From positions 1-64,000 of the forward strand of contig CBFFRP010000377.1 in NCBI GenBank assembly GCA_965644295.1: a DNA stretch of 64,000 nt, given 5' to 3'. A model generated the notes under the pieces. That model had not been told where the DNA came from, searched no databases, and saw nothing but the letters and a program-made list of their open reading frames with translations. How positions within the stretch are numbered: position 1 is the first letter of the stretch; every line of letters starts with the position of its first letter. The translations under genes were made by a program, and so were the position numbers. Shown one piece after another: positions 49,501 through 61,526 of this stretch. This DNA comes from Paraphysomonas bandaiensis. Lineage: Eukaryota; Protista; Chrysophyceae.

Positions 49501-52500
49501 TCAGACGTTTTCTAGACCTGAAAAAATATCCAAGCTTTGTTTTGATGTTCCTACGCCATCATTTCGTGTTTTACTATCTCCCAATAACTTTTGTAGAGAC
49601 CTGTATACATGAGATAACAAAAGATAAATAAATAATAGACTACGAGGGCTTACTTGAACTGATTAGAAAAGTCAAGAGAAAGCTGGTCAAATATTTCGAT
49701 TATCGCTCCATCTGGAAGCATCAGGAAGTGGCGATGCAGCGTCCTAAGTAGAAAGTGATGAATTTATACCGTTCTGTATGGTTATATTCATGTCTTCACC
49801 TCTTTCCATCCATTTCGTGCTCATATATGGCATAGTGCTTAGTTATGGCAGTGAAATTCAAATCGTACGGGTCTTTCTCCTCATACTCTGACATTGTCAC
49901 CTTGCGTACGCTTCCCTTGGCACCTCGCCATGTCTCCGCTCGTGAAAGTATACTGCGCAGTTCCTCATACGACATCTACGGGCAGCATGAGAGGACACAT
50001 AATTTCGACGAAATATATACTTACCTCGAAATCGTGAGGAATAAAAAATTCTTCTGCTGGAGCACTTACACGGCGCCAGATGTCCAGAATTCTAAAGATA
50101 CGCAATGCATTTTAGTTTCTTGCAGCGGATAAAATGAAGAAACTTTAACCTCGCATCCTTGTGAATATGAATCATATACTCATAGAGAATTAAAAGGGCA
50201 GTGACTGAGGTAGCTGTGTACACCATAAGTGTTATTATAAGACCAGTTATCCCGCTGTTCTCGTCATTCTCCATGCGGTTCCAGAGCTTCATAAAATCAC
50301 CAACAAAACAGTCACACGCCCGACTCGTGTAGTCTTCTTTGCAGTCGTTGTCCACTTCTGAGCAGCTATAGTTGTGGCCAATAACGTCCACAAGGAATAT
50401 CATCAGAGGATCGAAAAATGTAGCTATTCCGTATGCTGCGACGAATTGCGATGCACTAAAAGATACACAAAAACATTACGAAAGGGATAACAGTGCATGC
50501 ATATAATATCAAACTACCTGTCCGGCATATACCCCGCATACTAAAACAGCAAATGCGTTAGAAGTAATACTATACTCATATTTACATCTTACTCTGTAAA
50601 AGAAAGCTGCTAGCCCAACCAGACAGGAGAGAACGAATACGTTACCCAGTGGTCCCATTACAACTAGTCCGAATTCAACAGAGACTGGCACTGAACTGGC
50701 CATATACTTGAACACCATCTCGTATACCCTCACGCTAAAGCTGTAAACTGGGGTTTCAAAGGCCTGATGATACAAAATAACAGATGATAACATACACTGT
50801 GGTGGGTACACCTTACACCAACCTGCAAGAAAAAATATTGCCCAATGTAGTGCACATACATCCTCATCCAAAACGCGAGAATAAAGGCAAATATGGTGAC
50901 ATGTGACTCAAACGATCCCCATTGACTGGGCGAAAGCTCTCCAAGGGCCTCATAATACAAATAGCGTAACTTACTGTATACAGTTACGACAAAGTTACTA
51001 TCTTAAAACAGGGAATTGACTTAGTCTACCTCTTAATAAGAGCACTGGGAAGAAGGCGTCGCTGCTGACCCGGATCAGGTGCAAGAGATACCGAGTATTC
51101 ATCGTAGTCCTTTTGGTCGACTAGTGGAGTTGTCCAGCTACATAATAATCTCACGCAAAGCTTAAAAAAGGGGGAGAGGATACCTATCACCGCAGAATGT
51201 GTTCGATCTCTTTAGACCACGTTTACGAGACTTTGAAATAGCCTGAGAATCAAGCCTGGGCCCGTCTGCTTGCCAACGACGAACCGTGTTTCCTCCCTCT
51301 ATTCCTGCCGCAGCCCAAGCTCTATCGACTTCTGAGTCAAGCGTGTCCAGGCCCACAAGGTTTCCTTTCTGGTGGTCATGCAGGAAAAAACCATCACCAT
51401 CATCATAACCCCTCTCGAATATCTCTTGTTCCTCCTGATAGTAATTATATTAGCATTAGGAGAGCAACCTGTACGATAACCCACATCTGAAGCCTTCTCA
51501 TCACCGTCGTTAGAATTATCGTCTGAACTCGAAGATTCTTCTTGCAAGGCAGGTTGCCCAGGGTAGGACTGACTGCTGGTACCAGATACAATACGTCCAA
51601 GAGGCTCCCTGGGTCTGTCGTCCGCATCGTCTGCAAGCTGCTTAGCGGTCCACCATCCTGATGCCCCGCCACCACCTTTCGCATTCAGCATATTTCTTCG
51701 CATCGACTCTCTCGGTGGAGCGTCGGCCACTGCTGTAATTGCTGTAAAAACCTATAGAATGTAAATATATCACTCACCATTGACTGTTCTTTCCCCTGCC
51801 TTTTTGTGGCGTCTGCGTCGGTGGAGCTTTCTGTTGAAAAGAGAGGTATCCACATCTACAGCATTCACACTCACGCTCTGCCGGCGGAAATCCTCTTCCT
51901 CTTCTTCACCGTCACTAGCCTTCTTATCACCGTGCTGAGACCCAAGATTGAGCAGTTTGCTCATAAAGTCTAGCTCGATATCATACTCGCTCTGCAAATC
52001 ACAATCACTAAATACAGGATAGTAGGGAGCTGTACACCTACCTTTTCTGCTCCAGTGTCGCCAGTATCCATTGACCTCGGGAGATGGCGCACCTGAAGGA
52101 ATATTTAGTCTGTATTTACCAGCAGAATAAAGTATTTTACGTCAATATATATGTTGCACATCCAAGTATTAAGATCATCGGCCATCATCCGCTCCATTAG
52201 CTTGAAATGTTCTACTGAAGGGTTTGGTTCTCCGCGCATCAACGGCAGTCGAAACTTTCCTGTAACTACTTTGAAATGGGCGTCTATCATTGGTAGGGCA
52301 GTCCACGCAACCACTCTGTCCATGGGGTTCGTGCGGCTTGCTAGTTGAAATAATTCGATGACAAACACGTAGCTTGGCTTTAGTTGTGACTTTGGAGGGC
52401 AAAGAGCAAAAACGCTATCTTCAACTTTCATAACCCGGTCAAAGTATCTGCCGTAGTGCTTCACTGGACGGGTAGTAGCCGGACGGTCGGGACCGATTCC

Positions 52501-53566
52501 GTAAGCACCCAGCTTTGACCACATAAGCGGTCTGCCTCCAAGTCGGTCGTACTGGGTGAGCATAACCACATATGCCCCCTTCGGGAGCTTGTTCTTACAT
52601 GCGCGCAAGTTTCGGATTCGCATCTATAACATCAAGAAATCAACATATTAAGATTCACTTACACACACGTACCTCCACTGGTAAGGGTGACATGTCCCAC
52701 TCGACCTTGTATCTCCTGTTGAGCTTCTGGCCTGGGGAAACTTCTCCATACATCTCCCTCAACCTGGCCCCTTGGCACTCAAGGTACCTGCTCATCTCCT
52801 CTTTCGCGCGCCTGAATTGCAGAGCGAGTGTGCGTTCCCTCTCCAGTGAAGTCAATCTTGCCTGTTGCTTCGCCTGCTTCAATTCATTTTTTGCTATTTC
52901 TTGCTGTTCTTCCACTCTTCGTCTTGCCATATGTTCCCTCCACAGCAAGTCACGTTCCCGCTGCTTAGCGGCAGACAGCAGTTCCTGTCTCTTGGCAGCG
53001 GCCGCCCCCTCAACTTCTAATTGTCGTGCGCGTAGTAATTCTTCCGGTACGCGACACACCTCCAAACTCATTTCTTCTGCAGCGGTCTGGAAGGTGTTGC
53101 TATAGTCGGGAATAGCAGCAAGCAGATTGTTCTCAAGGGGCAGGTCAGACGGATCAACTCCAGCATCAGCTGTAGAAGGGGGATTGTCAACGGTCATGGT
53201 CGGGACGGGTGATGTCGGAATAGGTGGACGGGGTATATCATTGTCCTCCCATATCTGTAAATCTAGCGCATCAAGATCCTCCACATCATCTTCAATTCCT
53301 TCCGCCAGTAAGCTCTCTACAGCACCAGCAGCAGGCTGGTCCTTGTTTTCATCCAACTCACTTAACTCCTGCATATCCTCATCCTCGTCATCTGCGCCGG
53401 ATAACGACAGCATCCTGTTGAGGCTAGAGAACCTCTGATTGAGCCCTGAGACGATAGTCGTGAGCTTGGCTGTTCTCGGGCTCCTCTCCTCCTCATCAGA
53501 CAACACACTCACAGGGGCATCATTAGAGGGGACAGCACTATCGAGAGGAAGAGACAGCTCTGACAT
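49501..53566 (-). CDS. OFCC1: OFCC1/Ojoplano-like multi-pass membrane protein (multi-exon)
   Basis: Coiled coil then LRACKNKLPKG..DRLGG..W, GKFRLPLMRG, several TM helices, FFIPHDFEMS..WRG, LHRHFL..PDGAIIE; recognised from recalled family motifs. Confidence 0.7.
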
Positions 53567-54756
53567 ACTCTCTATATACGCACCAGACTAATTCATACTA
53601 GTTGATAACGACACATCTGCACAGGACATCAGCTCAGCTCAGCTCTACTCCCTCATATCTACTATACTCTACATACACTCCAGCACACAGCACTGTACCA
53701 GTGTACTACAGAGGCTACCTACGTGCATATACTATGGACTACACACTAGACATGTATGTGCAGCGTATACTATACAAACCGCCGCTTACATACCCTGCAG
53801 AATACTCTCGTATACTACACACAAAACGGAACAAAATTGTGTGAAGACTACAGTCGTACTACAGACTGAGAATACAGGGATCCACCTGATATCGTATCAT
53901 TATGTATCGTGTTAATATCATTGGCTTACTTCTCTGTTAGGGTCATTCTGCTAGCTGCTTGTATGCTCGTGATGCGCACATCATATGCACCCACTGCACC
54001 GGCCAGACGCTTGCTGCAGTGAATAGGATTAGAGACTGGAGTGATTCTTGAACCTGCACGCCCGACATGGCCTCACTGTAGGGAGCTTTAGCTAAACCAT
54101 GAGCGCCTCTATAATATACATGAACTAGTACCATATCCTATATATGAGTCATAGCAGATTAGTAATCTATGTTTGAGATTTGAGATGATAGCGTCTAGGT
54201 TACTCAACTGGTCAGAGTATGGTAACTCAGATACTCATGTCACACATACATCTCCAGAGTACGCCGCTCTGATGACTCACATTGCTCTTTGTTGTGCTCT
54301 TTGAGGTCATAGAAATTATGTCAACACTATAGAGTATAGAGCAAAGTTAAGGTAGTAGTCAGTCACTTTTCTAATATTGTAAAGTGTGTGCTTATCGAAA
54401 ATTTCAATGGATTTAGCAATAGAACTACTTCTTTAGTGTTCAATTGTACGAGTGTCCCAAACCTACTAAGTAATATAGTCTTCTATACATACGTAGTCGT
54501 ACTTAAAGACTATTAACTCTCTAAAATATAAAATGCATACGACCTGACACAACGAAAACATAAGTATTTGGTACTTCGTAAGAGAATTTGAACTGAGTAT
54601 GAAAAATAGTGTTAAAATTACATCACAACGATTACTCGAATCTTTACAGCAATGAGTACTTTCTAACCAGGCAATATATTACTAACTGTTCAGTCAAAAT
54701 CCCCTTTTGGTTGAGATAATGGATCATAATACACAATAGTAGAGAATACAGTGCAG

Positions 54757-57332
54757 TTAATCTAGTAGACTGGCCACATCAGTATCACCAAAGTCGTCTT
54801 CGTCGTCCACTTGCCGACTCGGGCGAGCGCTGCGGTCCGGGGCTGCTCCTGATCGATGAGCTTGTTGCTGTCCACCAGCACGAGGAGCCGCTAGTGACCT
54901 GACAAGGCATATAAGGCAAACTATAGAAATTCGCGTACACGCTTACCGTCCCGAAGGAGCGGGGACGCTGTCGTCAACGCCTGATCGGCTCTCCTGTGGC
55001 CTACTTGGACGCTCTGAACGCACCGATTGTCCCCCTCCTTCACCACCACCCTGCTGTCTGTTACCGCTACCTCCCTGAACGGTCTGTTGTCCTGTAGGCA
55101 TTGGCTGCGACCGGCGCAGTTTTTCTAGCTTCGCGGAGTATTCCTCGTGGGGTCTCCCAAGATCCTTACATAGCGCCTCCAAGTACTGCAGAGACTCCAC
55201 ATTGTTGGGATGGTCTTCATGAATCTGTTGGTACAATTCCAATGCTTTAAAATAGTCCCCAAGGCGCCTATAGCAGCTGGTAACCATGAGTCTCCATTTT
55301 ACCTCGCTCGGCTGTACATTAGAAGCCTGCTCGAAAAACTCTATAGCCTGTTCATACATCTCACGCTTCACGTACCAGACCCCTAACCAACTGATAACAT
55401 TCAAGTTTACGGGATGGTATCTGTGAGCTTCAGTGTGCCAGTGACAGGCGGTATTATCGTCCTCAAGTTTCTCATACACCTGTCCCAAGCGCACACAGAC
55501 ATTGGGGTCCCCAGGAACCTTGTTGAGCAACATCTCGTAAGTCTTTGCAGCCTGTTCAAGGGCTCCTGGTTGAGAACTGCGTTCATATATGGCGCCCAAT
55601 TGAAATAAGGCCTCAGGAGAATTGGGAAGAATGGTGTAGAGTTTGTCGAAAGCCTGATGTGCCTCCTGTATAGCATTGAGCTTAAGATTGGCATGTCCGA
55701 GATTGAATATCGCCTCCACACAGTCTGCTTCCACTCCTATGGCTTCCAGGTAAAGTTCCTTAGCTTTAGCATATTCACCAGCCATATAGAAACAGTTGCC
55801 TTTATTTACCAATGCCTTCGCGTTATATCGGTCTGACCTGATTGCCCAGTCCGCATTGGTCTCCGCCTGAGCATAATCCCCTTCAAGGAAGTATATGAAC
55901 GAGAGATTGGTGCCTGCCATGGCCCTTAAGCTTGCGTCCTTCTTCTCAAAACCCTTTAGTACTTGAATAGCCTCTTCGAACTTCCGTCGCCGCATGTATG
56001 TCATGGCCAGGTCTACTTCGAGTTTGCTAGATACCACCTCGAAGTCTGGTCGTAGCTGCTCTGCCACCCACTTGAAGCCCGACACCCATTCCTCTCTGTC
56101 CTCCACTATGAACGGAGCAACAAGTCTAGCTGCGGTTAAAATGCTCTCGCTCGCATATTCGTGCCTACGGGTGAGCTCCTCTTTGAGTGCGTCGTGACGC
56201 TCAGGGTTCAGCAGGGAGCTGTCAAAATCCGCGGTGGCTGCCCCCACAGCAGCAGATAGCTGGTCCTGCATACGCTCTTCGTCCTCTTCCGTCATACCAG
56301 GAATGGGAATTGTAAGCATCTTTATGAAATGTCTTTTAAGCTTGTCCTTGTCTCCCCGCGCGTACAGACATAGCAGTAGGTTAAAAGCTGTCTGGATGTC
56401 AGGCGACCCGCTCATCACCGACTCATAGCTGTCTATAGCATCCTGGAACTGGCCGAGCTTAACAAACGAGTTACCGATATTCCTAAATACCCTGAATCTT
56501 AGTTCTCTACCAGTCGCGGGAATCTGATCCAGTGCCATGCGATACATTTTAATAGCCTGCTGGTACATTTGTTGCTCGTGGTATATGTTCCCCATATTGA
56601 TGCGCAGTCTACCGGATTGCGGGTACTGCTTGTTTTTAACAATCAGTTTGTAGGTATTAAGCGCCTCTTCGTACATTTTGTTGTGATAATGAGCATTGGC
56701 AAGGTTAAAGAAGACAGCGTACGTGAGATCAATATTGATCTGCTCTACAAGTCCGTTGTTCTCCTTGAATTTACAAAGAGCACGCTCAGCCTTGCCCGCC
56801 TCTTTCGCCTTCTCCAGCGCTTTCAGCATATCCTTCGCAACAACAGCCTCAGCGCTCTCCTCAAGAAAACGGTGTACTTTCTTTTCCATCTCCTTGGCCT
56901 GATCCTCAGGGCTGTTGTCACTCTTCTTTGCGAGGGGAGCAGCTGGACCGCGACCCATGTTGAGAGGGTCAAAATTTTTCTGTCCCTCCTTCGATCCAGA
57001 ATACCCCGCACCAGATACAGAAGTCATCGGCCTCGCCTCACCCCCACCTCCGCCCTGGGCAGTCCCAAGCCCCATGCGACTAGCGCCACCACGAGACATC
57101 GGGACTGCCCTATTCGCCTGGGATGCTGCCCCCATGGCAGACATGGGCGGCCTCTGTGCTGTGGGCATGCGGTATGCTGTCAGCGGAGCTCTACCAAAAC
57201 CATCATTTCCATCAATACTGCAGGCAATCAGATAAACATTAGAAAATAATTAGCAGCTATGCAGAGTATTTACTTTGTATTGAAGTCGTAGAGATGGTCA
57301 TCATCATCTTTGACCAAAGGGGACGAAAACAT
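54757..57332 (-). CDS. IFT88: Intraflagellar transport protein 88 (3 exons)
   Basis: ARPMTSVSGAGY, FDPLN, GRLRINMGNI, TPR array, DRYNAKALVNKGN, ISWLGVWY, KWRLMVTSC. Confidence 0.95.
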
Positions 57333-58013
57333 TTATGTAAACAACAATATAGAGAAAACAATTAGTGAAGTAACTGTCAGTGATTGACGCTGGCTCCGAT
57401 ACGGTATCTAACTGTGAAGTTAGTGTGCTGATGAGTTCGATGTGGTTACATACACTCCACTCGGCCTGTATGTGGCACACCCTGCGGCGGTTTAACAGCT
57501 CGCTCTGCGCTGCCGTATTTTGAAAAAACAACAGAAAAAACACGAATTTATACATACAGACGACGACGTTTTTTTGTGATATTTCACTGCGAATACGGTA
57601 CGAACGATACGGCAGGAATACGTATTCGGTATTCCGGTATTCCTGGAGTGGAGTTCCAAAACTGCCGGTATTATGTACCGTTATATATATACCGTATACA
57701 GCAAATACAGCAGTACAGCATCACAAAACAAAAGAAAAAAGAATGTGACTGTTGTATTCGTACTGCTGTATGAGTGGAGGAGTACAGGTAGAAAGGTATG
57801 CGTTCCAACACATACATCATCTGTATACGGTGTATGCGGTAATGTCCAGTTGAGTGGTAGAAGGTATGAACGTACGTACGGACAATGAATACACGTGCAT
57901 ATGATCATGTGGAGGCAGCCAGTCCATTTCATACCATTCATCCGCTCTGTTCTTCTACATCTGTAGATCTGAGCTGCACATCTCTCCTTTACCTTTATTG
58001 TTAACCCCCTAGT

Positions 58014-59867
58014 ATGTCTTCTCACAACGGAGAGAAGCCCAGGAAGCGCATGCGGTCCTCTGGGCCCAAGAAATGTTTCGATTTCCAGCGCGGAGACTGT
58101 AAGCGTGGGAGCGAGTGCAAATTCAAGCACGTGTCTGGAGAGAGCAGCAATCAGCCCCTTCCTTCATCTAATGAAACGAAAATGAGCAGGGCAAACTTCG
58201 CTGCAAATGCTTCCAAAAATCGTTCTGCTCCTTCCAAGAAACAGAACACACCAAGTGCTAATGCCAGAATGGATCTTGATGACCCAAGTTTGAAGGCTTC
58301 TGCAGCTCCAAGCGATGTTAACAATAGCAGCGATGTTAGTAACTTCATGACCACTGATAGGTTTAGTTCTCTTTCCATATCTCCACTTCTTATTCAAGCG
58401 ATTGAGACCAAGATGGGCTACGAGACAATGACCCGTGTTCAGAGCTCCTCGTTGTCTATTATTTTGTCTGGGCGCGACTGCATGGCTAAAGCGAAGACGG
58501 GTACTGGAAAGACTTTGGCATTTTTAATTCCTGCTGTCGAGCGAATGCTTCTGCGAGAAGCGTCTGGTCCCTCCAAATCACAACGGCAACAATCTGGAGG
58601 TATAAGTACACTGGTATTGTCACCGACTCGGGAGCTCGCCAACCAGATTGCACAGGAGGCAATTACCTTGTTAAGTCTTATCCCTGGTAAACGTGTAGTC
58701 ACCCTGGTAGGTGGTACCAACCGCAAGGCCGATGTGCGAGAATTAAATGCTGGGAATATAGCTGTTCTTGTGGCCACCCCTGGGCGGTTGCAAGACCATC
58801 TGGAGAATACTTCTGGGATTAGTGACAGATTAAGCCGTCTTCATACCCTTGTCCTTGATGAGGCCGACAACCTACTTGAAATGGGCTTTAAACCCGCGAT
58901 TGACTCTATCTTGTCTCATTTACCACCAAAAGAACAAAGACAGACTCTCCTGTTCTCAGCAACAGTACCTCCCTCGGTGAGGCAGGTGGCAGCCTCTTCC
59001 CTGAAATCTGATGCTGAGTTTGTGGATACTGTGGGTGAGGATGCTGCCGCGCAAACACACCTGCATGTGGAGCAACGGTGTCTAGTAGCGGGCATGGAGG
59101 ATTTACCTGCCGCAGTGTTGGCAGTGCTTGCCCAGCAAATGCGTGGTACTGGGACATACAAAATCATAGTATTTTTCACTACGGCCCGTGTAACCGCCTA
59201 CATGGCTGCACTCTTCAGGCGTATGAGAGTTTCAGACCGCACCATCTCAGATGGACTATCCAAGGTCATGGAAATCCACTCGAGAAAGAGTCAGGCTCAG
59301 CGCACGAAAACGTCAGCCCTCTTCAGGGACAGCAGTCGGTCTATTCTATTCAGCTCTGATGTGTCTGCCCGTGGTATGGACTATCCTGATGTCACTTTTG
59401 TGCTGCAAGTAGGCCTCACGGAGCGGGAGCAGTACGTGCACCGCCTAGGACGTACAGCCCGTGCAGGTAAAGGTGGATCAGGTGTACTTATTCTCCACGA
59501 CTTTGAAGAAAAGCACATGCTGCAGCGGGAGATAAAGGATATGCCATTGGAAGTTGTATCTGGTGACTCTGTGGGCTTAGATGAAGGGGCAAGGCAGGTG
59601 GCAGCGAGGGCTGTGTCAGAATGTGCTGCAGATAGTGATGGTAGACGTTGTGCAGAGCAAGCCTACCAGGCTTGGCTGGGGTTCTACAACAGTAATTTGA
59701 AAAACCTAAAGATAGATAAGGTGAAACTCGTGGAGATGGCTAATAAGTACGCTCTCTCCATGGGGCTACGAGAGCCGCCCGCCTTGTTGGCGAAAACTGT
59801 TGGAAAAATGAACCTAAAGGGGGTACCTGGACTCAATATCGACAAGGGGCCAAGCAAGCGAAAGTGA
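58014..59867 (+). CDS. DEAD-box RNA helicase (Mss116/RH31-like) with N-terminal CCCH finger
   Basis: AKTGTGKT, PTRELA, TPGR, DEAD, SAT, ARGMD, HRLGRTAR; CFDFQRGDCKRGSECKFKH. Confidence 0.92.
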   Translation: MSSHNGEKPRKRMRSSGPKKCFDFQRGDCKRGSECKFKHVSGESSNQPLPSSNETKMSRANFAANASKNRSAPSKKQNTPSANARMDLDDPSLKASAAPSDVNNSSDVSNFMTTDRFSSLSISPLLIQAIETKMGYETMTRVQSSSLSIILSGRDCMAKAKTGTGKTLAFLIPAVERMLLREASGPSKSQRQQSGGISTLVLSPTRELANQIAQEAITLLSLIPGKRVVTLVGGTNRKADVRELNAGNIAVLVATPGRLQDHLENTSGISDRLSRLHTLVLDEADNLLEMGFKPAIDSILSHLPPKEQRQTLLFSATVPPSVRQVAASSLKSDAEFVDTVGEDAAAQTHLHVEQRCLVAGMEDLPAAVLAVLAQQMRGTGTYKIIVFFTTARVTAYMAALFRRMRVSDRTISDGLSKVMEIHSRKSQAQRTKTSALFRDSSRSILFSSDVSARGMDYPDVTFVLQVGLTEREQYVHRLGRTARAGKGGSGVLILHDFEEKHMLQREIKDMPLEVVSGDSVGLDEGARQVAARAVSECAADSDGRRCAEQAYQAWLGFYNSNLKNLKIDKVKLVEMANKYALSMGLREPPALLAKTVGKMNLKGVPGLNIDKGPSKRK

Positions 59868-60208
59868 AGTGTGTGTTTGGAGTAACGATACAGCTTTTTA
59901 GATGTAAATTGCGCATATAGTTTTGCAACTTTTAGATTTAAAATAATAGCTCTGTTTACTTAGGAAAAGTTGCGTGCCTTTTGAATTGATGGCCGACTAA
60001 TGGTGAAAGGGTTGGAGTGCGTTTAGTGTATTCATTCACAGCAATGTGAGAAACGCACTGTGATTATTTGTAGTTATACACAATTGTGTCGTTTCGCATA
60101 AAACTCATCACCCACATAATTTTAGCTTTCTGATAATAACTAGTCAGTCATTCGAAACTCATAACAATCTTAGCTCTGCTAAACAACCTCTCACAAACAT
60201 TGGTAGTG

Positions 60209-61082
60209 CTATACAAAGGCTACATGCAACGATATCCCGTTGGCTTCTTGTGCTTTCTGCTGGCTCATCGTCCCCATCACCTTTCTTCTCTTCATCGGAT
60301 TCACCTTCGTCTTCATCGGATCATCAACTTTTAACTGGACATCATTCAGATCAAGCTGTTTGTATTCATCTGACTGCAAAAGTTTACATCTTTCTGATTG
60401 AGACAAAAGCACCCCTATCCACTTTCTTCGAATTAATCGCAACATTAAAATCTCACCCATCGTTCCATGCACCTCTTGACCGTATCATGCAGTGTAGTGA
60501 TCCTATTCTTATCGTCGGCTGCATTTTGAAATTAAACATTTACTTGAAGTTAAACAGTTACACTATAAGTTGGGAAATACAAACAATATGAAAGGAGCAA
60601 TCAAAACACAATATGGTGACCGATGCTATACCTGTAGTCTTGAAGCGCTACTTTGTCCTCAAAAGGACTTTGCAATAAAGATCGCACCTTTGATATACTC
60701 GACTCTAGATCGCGTATTGGCCGATGGGGTTAAGAAATATTGAGAAAGAGTTCAGCATGGATTGGGATGGGAGAACATCAACATCACAATACTAGGTTGA
60801 TGGAAAAGTAGAGATATTTCAAGATACTGATCAGAGTAAGTGAAATTTTATTCGATATTCTCCCGGAACCAGCAGGTGATCTTCGGCTTGCATCTACACC
60901 GAACAATCCAGTACATCCCTACGATCGAATTCACGTGTAGTTCTCAGTAGAAATTGTACATCCATCACTCTGTCGCGACAGTCATCAGAGCGTTTGAATA
61001 CAAGAAAATCATACACTTCTATGGAAATACGGTTCTAGAATAACGTTCCTTACGAAGAGTCCGTGAAACTATTGTCTATATG
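60209..61082 (-). CDS. Possible small multi-exon gene of unknown function
   Basis: Short coding-like segments bounded by GT/AG (IRDLESSISKVRSLLQ.., ITTLHDTVKRCMERW); structure not resolved. Confidence 0.35.
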
Positions 61083-61526
61083 ACTCATATTTGGCCTTGA
61101 ATGTCAGGACGACTCTGGAATCAACACAACAAACAACAGACAGAGCAGACATCTTAACGAGACACTGCTGGGAACGCCACTTACTCACCTATCAACTTCA
61201 AAAGCAGACAATACATTGGTCATATTTATACAGTCCAAATACAACTGTATATCAAAGCTGAGTGTGTATCGCTAATTCGAGTGTGTGTATGTGCAGTATG
61301 CGGATATGTATACGGAGGGTACAGCAGTATATCATGTATCGTAGTGGTGTAGTGCACTGTAGTTCTATATGGAGTTGCTCAGACAGTATCAGTCTCCAAC
61401 ATATCAACGAAAACATTCACATAGAGACGAAGAGGAACGAAGAGAACTACGACTGATAATCCCATCCCTTCTCTTGAATCAGAGAGTATCGAATAGACCT
61501 TGCGGCTGATAGAAAGGACACAGGCA

